Shown: positions 24,986 to 37,016 of the stretch, in pieces | How the letters are laid out: each line of letters starts with the position of its first letter | Position numbering within the stretch: the first letter of the stretch is position 1 | Source of the DNA: Antechinus flavipes | Lineage: Eukaryota | Reading direction: 5' to 3' | Length of the DNA stretch: 64,000 nt | NCBI RefSeq assembly: GCF_016432865.1 | Contig: NC_067398.1 | Coordinates: 177,134,001 to 177,198,000, forward strand | The notes under the pieces: model-generated | What the model was told of the DNA's origin: nothing | Database searches by the model: none | Seen by the model: only the letters and a program-made list of their open reading frames with translations | Program-made: the position numbers and the translations under genes

Positions 24986-25586
24986 TGTAAGGGTCAAAGG
25001 ACAAAGGTCACCCTCAGTGCAAACAGGAAGTGAACAAGCAAGAAATGCTTGAAATTCCCTGAAGTAATTTCTGTGAGCAGAGACAGTCTTGTGGGTGGGA
25101 ACTCTAGCCATATTGAGATTTCTTTGTTAATAGGAGTGTCTCCTTCTATGATTGGCTGTGTGTGTGACCTCGTAGACCCTATTTAAGCTCTATGGAGGAG
25201 GAAGTCTCTCTCTTTCTCTCTTTTACCTGGTGTTCACCTGGGAGTCAACAAGAGGTCAGGGCAGAATGTGAATAAAAAACTTTAAGCTTGCATATGGCTA
25301 TTCTTGAGTGTGCTACTGGTTTTTAAACTACAGTTTATAAAACTGTAGCCAGAGACCTCTGAAAACCTCAGAAAGAGGTAAACTGGGTAAATTTGGTTTA
25401 TATAATGCAAAAGAGAGTGGCCAGAGGTTTCTCTGAGGGCCTGGGAATTAAGAGAGATTGGCAATGTAAAATGCTTGACCCTGGGCATTCACTTCATTTG
25501 CGAACACCCTAATACTACTCTGCATTTTATTTGCTTGTTCACTTCCTGTTTGCACTGAGCGTGACCTTTGTCCTTTGATCCTTACA
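24986..25586 (+). mobile_element. 601-bp TG...CA element with 56-bp terminal inverted repeats and LTR-like interior
   Basis: 24986-25041 matches the reverse complement of 25531-25586 at 54/56. Flanks ATCAGG (24980-24985) / ATCAAG (25587-25592). ATTGG 25151, TATTTAA 25180, AATAAA 25271. Confidence 0.8.
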
Positions 25587-26899
25587 ATCAAGTTTCACCA
25601 CATTGCACTCATTGCTTGTTGCTTAGTTTGTATCTCAAAATATTAGACTCTTAGTTTATATCTCAAAATATTAGGTTCTCAAATGCATATGTATTATTTT
25701 ACTTTTCAAAAAGAGACAAAAATGGTTTTTACAAAAGAGGAACACAAATATTCATATGTCTGGGAGTGTAGTTGAAATATAATAAGTTGAAATAGTAAGT
25801 GTATAATATTTGTCATGTAGAGATATGCTGAGCAGTGTCCACTTTTCCCATGTAACATTTAAAATACATTTCCAAGAAAACTGTAAGACTGATACTTTCA
25901 ATCTTCATGTTTTGCTAATCTTTAAATTATTATTAAGCTACATTTACTACCAACATGAACATTATGATCAATCGGTATTTATTAAATGCTTACAATGTCC
26001 TGCGCAGTGGATATAAATAAAAAAAGAATGAAACAGCCTAGGATTCTTGAAGAACTGGATTATAATTCCCATTTTACAGAGGAAGATGCTGAAAGATAAA
26101 GTTTCTTCACTCTGTTAATTCACTGACTGACAAGAATAAAAGACAGACATTATTTTACAAGTTGAATGCAATGCTTTTCAGTCTAGCAATTCCCAGGACA
26201 CCTTATAACATTTTCTTCCTAGTATTTCAGATCAGAATCAGTACAACAACCCACTCAGCTCTATAAATGCTGGTAGGTTACCACATCTCTTTTCCCTTCC
26301 TGCCACAGACTGAAAGAAAAGAAAAAAAAAAGTTTTTTTCTGCAGAAAGAAAAGTCTTGAAATCACCATAAAGGGCCACTAAACCCTTAAAATATTACTT
26401 CTTATCTTAGGTGTAAGCATTAAGCACACTTACTTCTGCCCAGATAGACACATTGGGGGAAAGTGATGGATTCCCCTTTTTGTCCAATAGAGATATTCAC
26501 TGATTCTTTATGCTACAGGCCCAGTGGAAGCCATAGATTTTGCTCCCACTCCCTCTTTTTTGAAATTCCTGTTTTCTCTCAATATTCAGCTCAGATATTA
26601 CCTTCACAAGAGGGTATCCTGATTTCCCAACAGCTGAACTTTCCCCAATGGTTAGATTCATTTTACTCTGTATGAATCAGGTATGTGTCCATGTCTTTAC
26701 ATTCTTTCTTCCACATTAGTGTGTAAATTCCTTCAGGGCATAGTGTATTTGTGTGTGTATTTGTGTGTGTGTGTTTGCCTTTTTTGGATCCTCACAGGGC
26801 CTGGCATAGAACTAGGGCTTACAAATATTTGTTGATAGATTGTTTAGGATATACAGTTCTGATTGGTGAGTGTTTTCATTAGATCCCCACTAATTCCTG

Positions 26900-27125
26900 G
26901 TCATTTCCTTTCCATAATAACTAGGTATTTACATAGTGTTTTAAAGTCTGCAAAAAGATTTACAAATATCATCTCATTTATTATGCCCACTTTATAGATG
27001 ATGAAACTGGGGTAGTCAGAAGTTAAATGACTTGCCTGGCATAACACAGCTAATACATGTCTCAGGCTGGATTTGAATTCCTTTCTTCCAAACTCCAGGT
27101 CCAACACACTACCCACTTGAGCAGC
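26900..27125 (-). mobile_element. MIR SINE
   Basis: cccactttatagatgatgaaactggggtagtcagaagttaaatgacttgcctggc...ggatttgaattcc. Confidence 0.8.
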
Positions 27126-29069
27126 TAGTTGGCTACATTTTAATGTAATCAGGCCATCATTTTAATTTTTACCCCTACTCTCATGCCTAATGGACAAACT
27201 TGGACTCTGCCCCTGATAAGTAAGTTTTTATTTATCATGGAACCAGGCCTACTAACCAATTCCTATCTATCTGCTGTATACATACTCCCCTTTCCAGTTT
27301 CCCTATATCTGTTATCTTCCCCTATTAAAATGTAAGCTTCTTGAAAGCAGTGACTATCTTACTTGTTTCTTTATATAATCTCATCATTTTATGGTGCCTC
27401 TTATACAGTAAGTGATAAATAAATGGCTTATTTATATACTGAATTCAATATAAATTGGCATTTGTTGCTATTTATTTTGCACTTGTTAAACTGAAAACCA
27501 ATGACAAATCAGAATGATGACTTGTTGACTTATTCACTTCTCTTGACTTAAATCTCTGACTATACCAAAAAGAAAGCATTCCTAGTATTATATACATTTT
27601 AGGTTGACAAGGCAGGGGACACACTTCTATCCCTTCTTCCATGAACATGTCTGCACAGAAGTTATAGAAACATTAAAAGAACTTCAGTCTAATTAATAAT
27701 TAGTGATAATAATTAGCACTAATATGGCACTTAAAACTTTGCAAAGTATTATACATATACTATCTCATTTAATCCTCACAAAACCCCTAAGAGTTAAGTG
27801 ATGAGGTTGGGGTGTAGCACCAAATGTTGGGATTGGGTAGCATTTCTTAGTTCAAATATAAAATTCAAAGTGTAGGACACTGTAAAGAATTCAAAATGGT
27901 TTTCTTGTTGCCTAAAATTACTTTTATTTATGAGAAGAGGTTACAGACAAAATGAAGAGGTAGGAGAGATACCAGGAGTGGTAACTATGAAATAGATTTG
28001 GGAGAGCTTATGTAGTTAGCAATAACAAGTGTTTTAGCAATGACAATGGAAAAGATAAGTTTCCCGTGGAGTTCACAATTTATCAGGAAAAAACGAATAG
28101 GCCATGAGATGGGAGTAATGCCATTTACTGCCAGGTTAAAACCACAGAAGAGTTTAGTATCCTAAAAGAGTTAGTTAGCTATAGCAAGGAGAAAGATACC
28201 ATGAGCTATGGAGATGGGGATGAGAAAAAAGACTCCTCAGCAGCACAGAGTGGAGGGCCAAACCCAGTAGGGATTCAGCAAAGATGAAATAGCTCATAGG
28301 TAGATGTATAGAGAAAATTTAATCTTTAAGGTTTTGATGTCATAACTTGGCTTTCTGATTAGATACAGAAAAGTGGGGTTTCCCAAGACCTGTGCAGAGG
28401 TGGGACTGTACAGCTGAGCTCATTCCCATCAGTGTCCTTAACTGCTTGCCTCCAGAATCATTATAATCTTATAGTATTTCAGGCTTTCTCTGCCAAATCC
28501 ATTTAGTTACCCAGGACCTCATCATTTGGTGATATTATTATCCTTATACTAAAGATGAGGAAACTAAAGTAGACAAAAGTTGGATGACTTGTCCAGAGCA
28601 ACATAGCTAGTAAGCATTGAAAATCAACTGTTCCTGACTGCAAATCCTAATATTTACCAAGCTGGATGCCTAGGATATAGGGCATAGATGAGGCAGGTCC
28701 AAGTTATGGAAAATCTTGAAAGTCAGAATAAGAAATTTCAACTTAATGAGAAGCAATAGTAAATCATTGAATATCCTTGAGCAAATAGTGTTTTAGAGTA
28801 AGAGAATCCATTAAGAATAGTCTGACATCAGTATAAAGGGGGGGTTGAAGGCATTTATGAATGTCTGAATTAGTGAAATATCTATTATAAGTTATTCAGA
28901 CTGGTTAAAATCATCATAGCATGTTATAAATGACTATTTTGATCATCTTTATATTGAGGTCTGCTTTTGCAAAAGTTCTTGTAAGCCAGCAATAGTTTCC
29001 CTTCCCCTCTTCCAATTCGGTGCTTTTGCCTTCAAGGCTTTTCCTGATCCAGGTAGCATTGCTCTTCCT

Positions 29070-29600
29070 CTATTAATCAATAAGTATTTACTCTATATCA
29101 AACACTGTGCTAAACACCAGGGATACAAAGAAAAAACAAAACAAAACAGAAAAGCCTTTGCCCTCAAGTAGTTTACACTCCAAAGGGAGGGACAATTAAC
29201 CTAAATATGTACATACAAGATAAATACAGAAGAAATGGGAAGTTACCTTAGAGTTATATACTGCGGAACCTAAAACCTAGAAAGACATTTTTGCTGGTGG
29301 TGCAAGTAAGTCAGAGATTCTTGGGAGGGGAGGGAGATAAGGAGGGAGAGCAGAGGAGATATGGAGGTCAGCCAGTAACATGAAGGTGAGAGATAGTAAG
29401 ACATGAATGAGGAAAGAAGAAGGCTAGTATGACTTGGATTTTAGGATGTATGGATAGAGGAGTGTAACGTGTGATTAAATTGGAAAGCCAGAGGCTGGTT
29501 AAGATATGAACAACTTAAAAAATCAAATAGGGCAATTTATATTTAATACTAGAAGTCATGGGGAATCCTTGGACTCTCTGGAACAGAGAAAGAGGTGGTG
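29070..29600 (-). mobile_element. L2 fragment
   Basis: ttaatcaataagtatttactctatatcaaacactgtgctaaacaccagggatacaaag antisense L2 3' end, plus body. Confidence 0.65.
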
Positions 29601-29604
29601 ACAT

Positions 29605-30254
29605 TGAAGAGGGGACCCTGAAACTCTAAAAATCCTTAAAAGAGAAAATCTCCTTCAACTCAGGGAGGGACCTCACCCCAAGGGATAAAAAGTTTCATCC
29701 TTGTTATCTGGGTGGTGTCAGCTCAGTCCTGAAACTCATTGAATTCAATTCAAATTCCAGCTCAAACTGAAAGCCATTGATGAGCCAACTTGGAACTCCA
29801 CCCATGAGTTCCTTTCAGCTAAAGCTCCCATTATAAAAGAGCCAAACTAAAACCCTCTCTTTGTAGAGGTTCCAAACATGCCAGCTATGCTATGCCATGC
29901 TATGCCAAGGAACCTCTGTCTACTGAAATACTCTTTCCAGAGCCATCCTCTCTTTATCCTCACCTATTTCCTAACCAGACTTTATGCCTCGCTATCAGGA
30001 TTTCTAACCTTACTTTCAATCCCCATAATAAACCCTTTTATCAATCAAGGTTTTCAGGTCTGTAAATTCTTTTACAGAGAACATCTGTGCCACCAGAAGG
30101 GAGTCTCCAAAACTCCCTACCCTTGTGCAGAATCCCAAGGGGTTGCAGTGGAGCCAAATCTATCCATTTGGTTCCCTGAACCCTGAACCTTCCACTAGAC
30201 CTTATCATTTAACCCCTTGACCACCAGAAATTCTAATCTATTTTTGGTTTCCTA
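29605..30254 (+). mobile_element. ERV LTR running into assembly gap
   Basis: Starts TGAAGAGGGG, with TATAAAA at 29832-29838 and AATAAA at 30027-30032. 3' end hidden by N run. Confidence 0.75.
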
Positions 30255-30503
30255 NNNNNNNNNNNNNNNNNNNNNNNNNNNNNNNNNNNNNNNNNNNNNN
30301 NNNNNNNNNNNNNNNNNNNNNNNNNNNNNNNNNNNNNNNNNNNNNNNNNNNNNNNNNNNNNNNNNNNNNNNNNNNNNNNNNNNNNNNNNNNNNNNNNNNN
30401 NNNNNNNNNNNNNNNNNNNNNNNNNNNNNNNNNNNNNNNNNNNNNNNNNNNNNNNNNNNNNNNNNNNNNNNNNNNNNNNNNNNNNNNNNNNNNNNNNNNN
30501 NNN
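30255..30503. other. Assembly gap
   Basis: 249 N. Confidence 1.
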
Positions 30504-32259
30504 TTTTGGCCTCTTTTAATCCCTATATTTTTTTATTTTATCTGTCATATTGTAATTGTTTAATAAGTGTTAATAGAACTGAATTGAATTGAAATTTTAT
30601 AGATCCAGTTTCAGCCATTGTGGGAAAATGAGTTTCAAACATTCAAATGAACTGTGATCTAGTCTACTCATTGGCATTCTGGGAGCATTGGTTTAAGACT
30701 TGGATTTCTACATACATGCTTGAAGCATAAGTCACTTGCTAAAATAGTATGGATAAAATTGTTCTAAAGTAAAAGTCCTAATTGTAATAAATTTGCTAGC
30801 TAGATTCTTTGAAGACATATATAAGTAAAAGTCAAATAATGAAAATGAATAGACATGTGCATAGTTAAAACATATGAATTGATGCAAATAAAGGAGAAAT
30901 TACTATGCAAAGATTACAATGAAAACGAAAAACAACAACAAATCCTTAAACACTGGAGTTATAATAGCAAACTTGGCAACAAAAAAAGAAATGAGAAAAT
31001 GCATTTTGTTGGATGCTTGTGGGTTTTGAGGTTTTGTGTTATTGGTCTGACTCAGTCAATGTGTTGATTGGGTTTACTTAATTGCTTTTCTTTTTTTCTC
31101 TCTTTAAATTTTTCTTTCTTCCCTTATTCTCTCCCTCTTATTTTTTCTTTTTTCTTTCCTTCCTATTTTCCTTCCTTCCTTGTTACATAGGATGGTTCTC
31201 TGGATAGGAAATAGGTAGAAATGAGGACTGTGAAATATATATATATATCAAATATCAAAAAAATAAAAAAATAATAGATTTTAAAAGTTAATAAACTAGA
31301 ATAGGAAGCTTTCAATGACTTTTAGTGTATGACAGAATTAGAACTATGAAATTAAAAAAAAAAAAAAACAACTTTCTATTCCCAATGTGACTTTGCACAT
31401 AGTAGGTCCTTCATTATATCTAATTTTTTTTTTAATTGAATTAAAACACTGATTTTCCCAGGAGATAAATCGCAACAGTTGACTGAGCCACAAAATGCGA
31501 TAACTACTGTAAACAGTGGTTAGTCTTTTTAAGCACTGGGGGAACTATACTTGTCACTCTTTGGGAGGAGACTTCATAATACATTAGTCTTATCAGTCAG
31601 ACTGTCCCACAGGAAGTCACACTCTGTAATGTGAAAAAACACATTTAAAGTAACAATAGTATCACCTTTAGCTTAAACGCCAACATTGTCCAACAGGTTC
31701 AAATTTGGCAGTTGAGTTCAATAATATTCTAAGGCACAGAAAATTCTTTTCTGCAACTTCTCAGGCTATAAGCAACTCATTCTCCCTGTCAGCCAACTAC
31801 AGGTGATATGCTACCTAAGAGGTAAAGAATGACATATGTTACAATGTTACATTGGCTAGATTATCCTGATACCTGTACTGAATCTTCTTCAGAATCTCAT
31901 CAGTCCCTTCTCAGTTGTTCAGACTATAACTTGGTTCATTACTCCCTCCACTTTCTTTGATCTGGGGAAGACAGCCTAAAAGACCAAATGTTTGTGGCAT
32001 TTTCTTAACCAAAGGATTACAGAGCTTCAAGACATGATTCAGAAGGCAAAAATGAATAATTAAAAGGCACCACTTCAGTGACATGTTATAAACGGAGTGT
32101 TTCTCTGTCTGCTGTAGCTACCAAAAGAATAATATTAAGGATTTTTCCACCCACTACTTTGTCTCATAATAAATTTTATTGGAGGGTTTTTGTAGGCTGT
32201 TGTCTAAAATAGAACACAAACTTCAACATTTCCTTAGCTGGGATGTTTATAACTTAAGA

Positions 32260-32263
<4 letters not shown>

Positions 32264-32298
<35 letters not shown>
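32264..32298. repeat. (CA)n microsatellite
   Basis: Direct reading. Confidence 0.95.
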
Positions 32299-32300
<2 letters not shown>

Positions 32301-34569
32301 TTAGGAAAGTGGTTTCTGTTAATTTAGCTTCCTGTCTCTACAAAAGGAAGAATATTGCTATAGCTGTTTGAACAACATGAGTTTGGATCATGTCTTGTTT
32401 ATCCATTTATCCTTTTCTCTATCTGTATCTGGAACAATGCAGCTGCACCTAGTAGGCATTTAGCAAATGATTGTTGCCTTCAAAATGCAGTACTTTCTAA
32501 GAAATATTAAATTGCAAAAATGACTATGGAATAAAAATCTGAAATATATTCTCTATCTAGGAAGTTGTTAATGTTCTTTCAAGATGCCAGAACTTTGGGG
32601 GCTAAAAAGTTTGCTGCAAATCCTATACTATTCACTGATAAAATGTCACATCGACACACTTTTGTCAATGTTTATTTTTTAAAAAATTAAACCATTATAC
32701 CATGCTATTTTCACTGGGGAACAAGGCAATTTTGAGAAATCAGTACTGTTTTGAAAGATAGAGCCAATGATAATATATTATCTTAAAATTTTGTGTAGAT
32801 CCATGATATAATTCTGCCTGAGATATTGAACTGGACTAAAGGTAGTAAAGGAGTTGGTATTGTTAAGTGATTCTCATGACTTGCTTTGAAACTAGTGACT
32901 GCCTCAGAAACTCACCCTACCCTGGCAGCTGACTGAAATTTTTAGCAGGTGCTAATCTAATTCATTATATGACTCAGATATATTATGAATCAAGCCAAGG
33001 TGGTCACGATATGCTAATGAACCAATGGCTCATTAGTATTATCAGCCCTATGCTATTCAGCCAACTGAAGCAGCCAATATAGCCCAACCAGAACACAGAT
33101 ATATGCATTAGATGTGTAATCTATACTCACATATTGTAATTTTCAAAGTTATAAAAGTGTGCTTGCTCCATTGCCATATCATGCCAATAAACTAAGTTAT
33201 AATATATAGGCTTGAGTAATCTTTCCAAACAGCAACCCAAAATCTGAAGGTCCCAAATGTGACTGGGCTCTGGTGACTGGTTTCAATAAAGCACTAGATT
33301 TTCATACATCCCATTTTTTTGCACTATTTACCAATAAGTGACTAAGCAAAGGATTCATGGCAGGTGATTCCACCCAGTACCAAATTTGTATTTTTGTGCC
33401 ATATTGTGGTGTAGAGGGAAACCCTGGTTACCCAAAAATTGTGATAGTGACTTTTGAACTAGAGTAAGTCCTATCAAACAACTAAGGTTTCATGTATGAT
33501 TCTGCTATTAGATTGGACAGCTGTCACCTGCAGATAAACAGCCTGATTTTAGAGAATCCCATCATCTGGTTGTCTTCAGGGGAAAGATTGACCGTAGAAT
33601 CTCATGAAGACCATCTGCTAGATAGATTGCAATTTGCATCAGTGGAGGAAATACCTACATTAAGGCAGTCACAAGTACTGCATGTGTTGCTATAAGAAAG
33701 AATACTTTATGTTGTTTCTTAAGGAGCTCATTGTACCAGCCTTGACCAGCATCTTTTCAGCTATGTGTCAACTAAAAAAATAAAATAAAATAACTTCTTT
33801 TTTTTTTTTTTGAATGATACAATATTTACTCTACCAGGGATCTTGGAAATTATCTCCTACAACTGTTTCATTTTAAAGTTGTTTGGAAACATGTTCAGAG
33901 AGCAAGTGACATTACCAGACCAACATATGGCTCTAGTCACATCTAAAGACTCTTGACTATAAATCTAAAAAATTTTAAAACATATTAATGTGGCTTAGTG
34001 GGCTTAACCACAGGCCAAGAATTAGATGCATATGAACTCTCTACCACCATCTATCACTGATAGAACTTTATCAAAATCTTTTGAACATCTAATGCTTTAG
34101 TTTCCCTAGAGTAGTACTCTTTCATTCTAGAGAAATTATACTTGGGGCAAAGTCAACCCTAAAGCTAAATTATATTGATAATTTAAAAAGATTTTTAATT
34201 TTCCTTTTTTATCTTTATAAACTTGTCTTTTATTTTTATAGGCTTGTTAAACACGAACATTTCCTCATATAAAGACCAAAAAGGTATTATTTGATATTAT
34301 AAATTACTATTATTATATATTGTTGTAACATATATATTAAATTTAACAGAGTTTGGTTTGATACTGCCTCACTTGTTTGTGTCTCTTTCTGAACTTTTTT
34401 CTACATATGTGTGTGTGTGTGTGTGTGTGTGTAAATTTCATGATATTCTTTTCTTTTTTGTGGGGGAGGGAAGCTGTCATAATCTCATTCTGAAAACAAT
34501 TTTTTGTTACCTCCTAAATTAAAAAAAAAAAACTTCTCTTGTAAAAAATAAGTATAATCAATTATTCTC

Positions 34570-35457
34570 CTTCAGAAAAATGCAAATTAAGACAACTCTG
34601 AGATACTACTACACACCTCTCAGACTGGCTAAGATGACAGGAAAATATAATGATGAATGGTGGAGGGGATGTGAGAAAACTGAGATACTAATATAGTGTT
34701 GGTAGAATTGTTTGTGGAATGAACGGATCCAGCCATTCTGGAGAGCAATGTGGAACTATGGCCAAAGAGTTATCAAACTGTGCATATCCTTTCATCTAGC
34801 AGTGTCACTACTGGATCAGTATTCCAAAAAGATCATAAAAAAGCAAAGGACTCATGTGAGCGAAAATTTTTTTTAGCAGCCCTTTTTGTAGTGGCAAAGA
34901 ACTGGAAATTGCATTCATGCCCCTCATTTGAGGTATGGCTGAATAAGATATGCATATGAATGTTATGGAATATGATTGTTCTATAAGAAACAATCAGCAA
35001 GATGATTTCAGAGAGGTCTGGAGAGACTTAGATGAACTGATGCTAAGTGAAATGAGCAGAACCAGAAGATCATTGTACAGATCAATAAGAAGATTATATG
35101 ATTATCGATTTTGTCTCTTCAACAATGAGATGATTTAGAGAAGTTCCAATGATCTTGTGATGAAGAGAGCCATCTATATACAGAAAGATTACTTAGGAAC
35201 TGAGTGTGGTTTACAATATAGCATTTTCATTCTTTTTGTTATTGTTTGCTTGAATTTTATTTTCTTCTTTTTTTCAGTTCAATTTAATTTTTCTTGTGCA
35301 GCAAGATAATGGTATAAATATATATGCATACATTGGATTTAACATATATTTCTACCATGGTTAACATATAGTGGATTACTTGCCATCTAGGGAAGGGGTG
35401 GGGGGAGGGGGGAAATTGGAATACAAAGTTCTGCAAGGCTTAATGTTGAAGAATTAT
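34570..35457 (+). mobile_element. L1 3' fragment (ORF2 C-terminus and 3' UTR)
   Basis: EMQIKTTLRY...; ERKFFLAALFVVAKNWKL; NVMEY..IRNNQQDDFREVWRDLDELMLSEMSRT; G-tract at 35391-35412. Confidence 0.9.
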
Positions 35458-35841
35458 GGCATTGAATGAGAGACAAAGTGGCATAGTGAGTAGAGAAACA
35501 TCTTCCAAATTGGGAAAGCTCAGTTTCAAGTCTTAAAGCTGATGTTTGCTGCCTTATGTAACCATGGGTAAGGAACTTAATCTCCAAGTACCCCCATACA
35601 ACTCTCTGAAATGATAAGTTGTATCAGGACTGAGCCACATTAATAAAAGAGAATTTTCTTCATACCCCTGATAAAATTACAGGCCTAAGGAGAGAAAAGA
35701 AATAAAGGGGAGTGACAACATGGTATAAAGGCCTAAGGAGTTGGAATCAAGAAGACTTAGATATAAGACTTATATCTGACACAATAGTGATTGTTTGATC
35801 ATAGGTGAATCATTTAACATTTCAGTGTCCTACATGGTACT

Positions 35842-36152
35842 CAGGGCTTCTTAAACATTTTTCCCTTATGACCCCTTTTCATCTGAGGAATTTTTACATG
35901 ACCCCATCTTAAATCTGAGCTGAGGTGTTTCTGAAATCAATTGTGCATGCACAGTGTAAAGTGAGCGCTTTGTGTGTTCAGTATCAAGAAAGCAGTGAAA
36001 TTATATGATACAACCTAGGCAAGAGCTGCCAGAAACACCTCAGATTCATTATGCATTTGATTTTCAATTAATTTTTGGTCACTGTGTTCAGACTCCCACT
36101 TCCAGTTATGCAACCCCATATAGGGTCATGATTCATGGTTTAAGTAGCTTTG
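35842..36152 (+). mobile_element. Older non-autonomous hAT-Charlie-type element
   Basis: Imperfect TIRs CAGGGCTTCTTAAAC / GTTTAAGTAGCTTTG and subterminal gcaaccccatatagggtc. No clear TSD. Confidence 0.6.
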
Positions 36153-36784
36153 CTCTAAGTTACAGAATTGGTTGCAGAAATACATCAATGGTAGAAGTCA
36201 TCAGAGCAGAATTTCTTCACAGATGAAGGCACAGGTCTGGACCAAAGAAAACAGTATTAAAACAAAACAAAACAAAACAAAACAAAATAAAATTTTATCC
36301 TGTACTGAAACTATTTTTCTCTGAGCATAGAACAAATTGTGGATAACATTACCTTGATTTGGAAATTGATCCATGGCTATCTCTCCTGAGGCAATTAGAA
36401 AAAACAAACAAACAAACAAAATAAAACAACCCAAATCCAACTCTTTAATATTGTTTGATATTAAAACTACTTCCTAGTGCATCGTCCTTTCATCCTCTTG
36501 AACACTAAGTCCTACAGGGAAACTTTCTCAAGAACTCAGGTAACTAGAGAAAGCAAAGCAAATAAAACTCAATTCAAAAGTTTATGACAATGAATCAAAT
36601 CAACAGATATTTATTAAATACCTTTTAAGCTACATGAATTGTTAGATGCTAGAAATATAAAGGTAGACATGAAATAATTCTTGTTCTCAAGAAGTTTATA
36701 GTCTTTCTGAGTCCAAAGTAAATAGGAATAATAATTATTAATTTTTTTAAAAGCTTTCATTTTAGCCACCCATGTTTGCAGGAA

Positions 36785-36975
36785 TCTCTGCCTCTGTCTC
36801 TGTTTCTCTATTTGCCTCTCTCTGTCTCTGTCTCTCTCTCTCTCACAGACACAAACACATATACACACACGTTTTTTCTCTCTTTTTCCCTTTTCTCCTT
36901 CTTCTCTTTTCTCTTCTTCTTTCTGTTTTTGTGCCTGTCTGTTTCTCTGTGTCTATCTGTCTGTCTGTCTCTCCC
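36785..36975. repeat. TC/TG-rich low-complexity tract
   Basis: (TCTG)/(TC)n runs that generate spurious ORFs. Confidence 0.85.
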
Positions 36976-37016
36976 TCCCATTTTCCTCCAAAAGACACAT
37001 GGCACATCTCATCTAT

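Noticed and set aside
31864-31976. Minus-strand exon-like segment (ttttag|...cag|gtatca)
   Set aside because: All three frames contain stops and the donor is weak.
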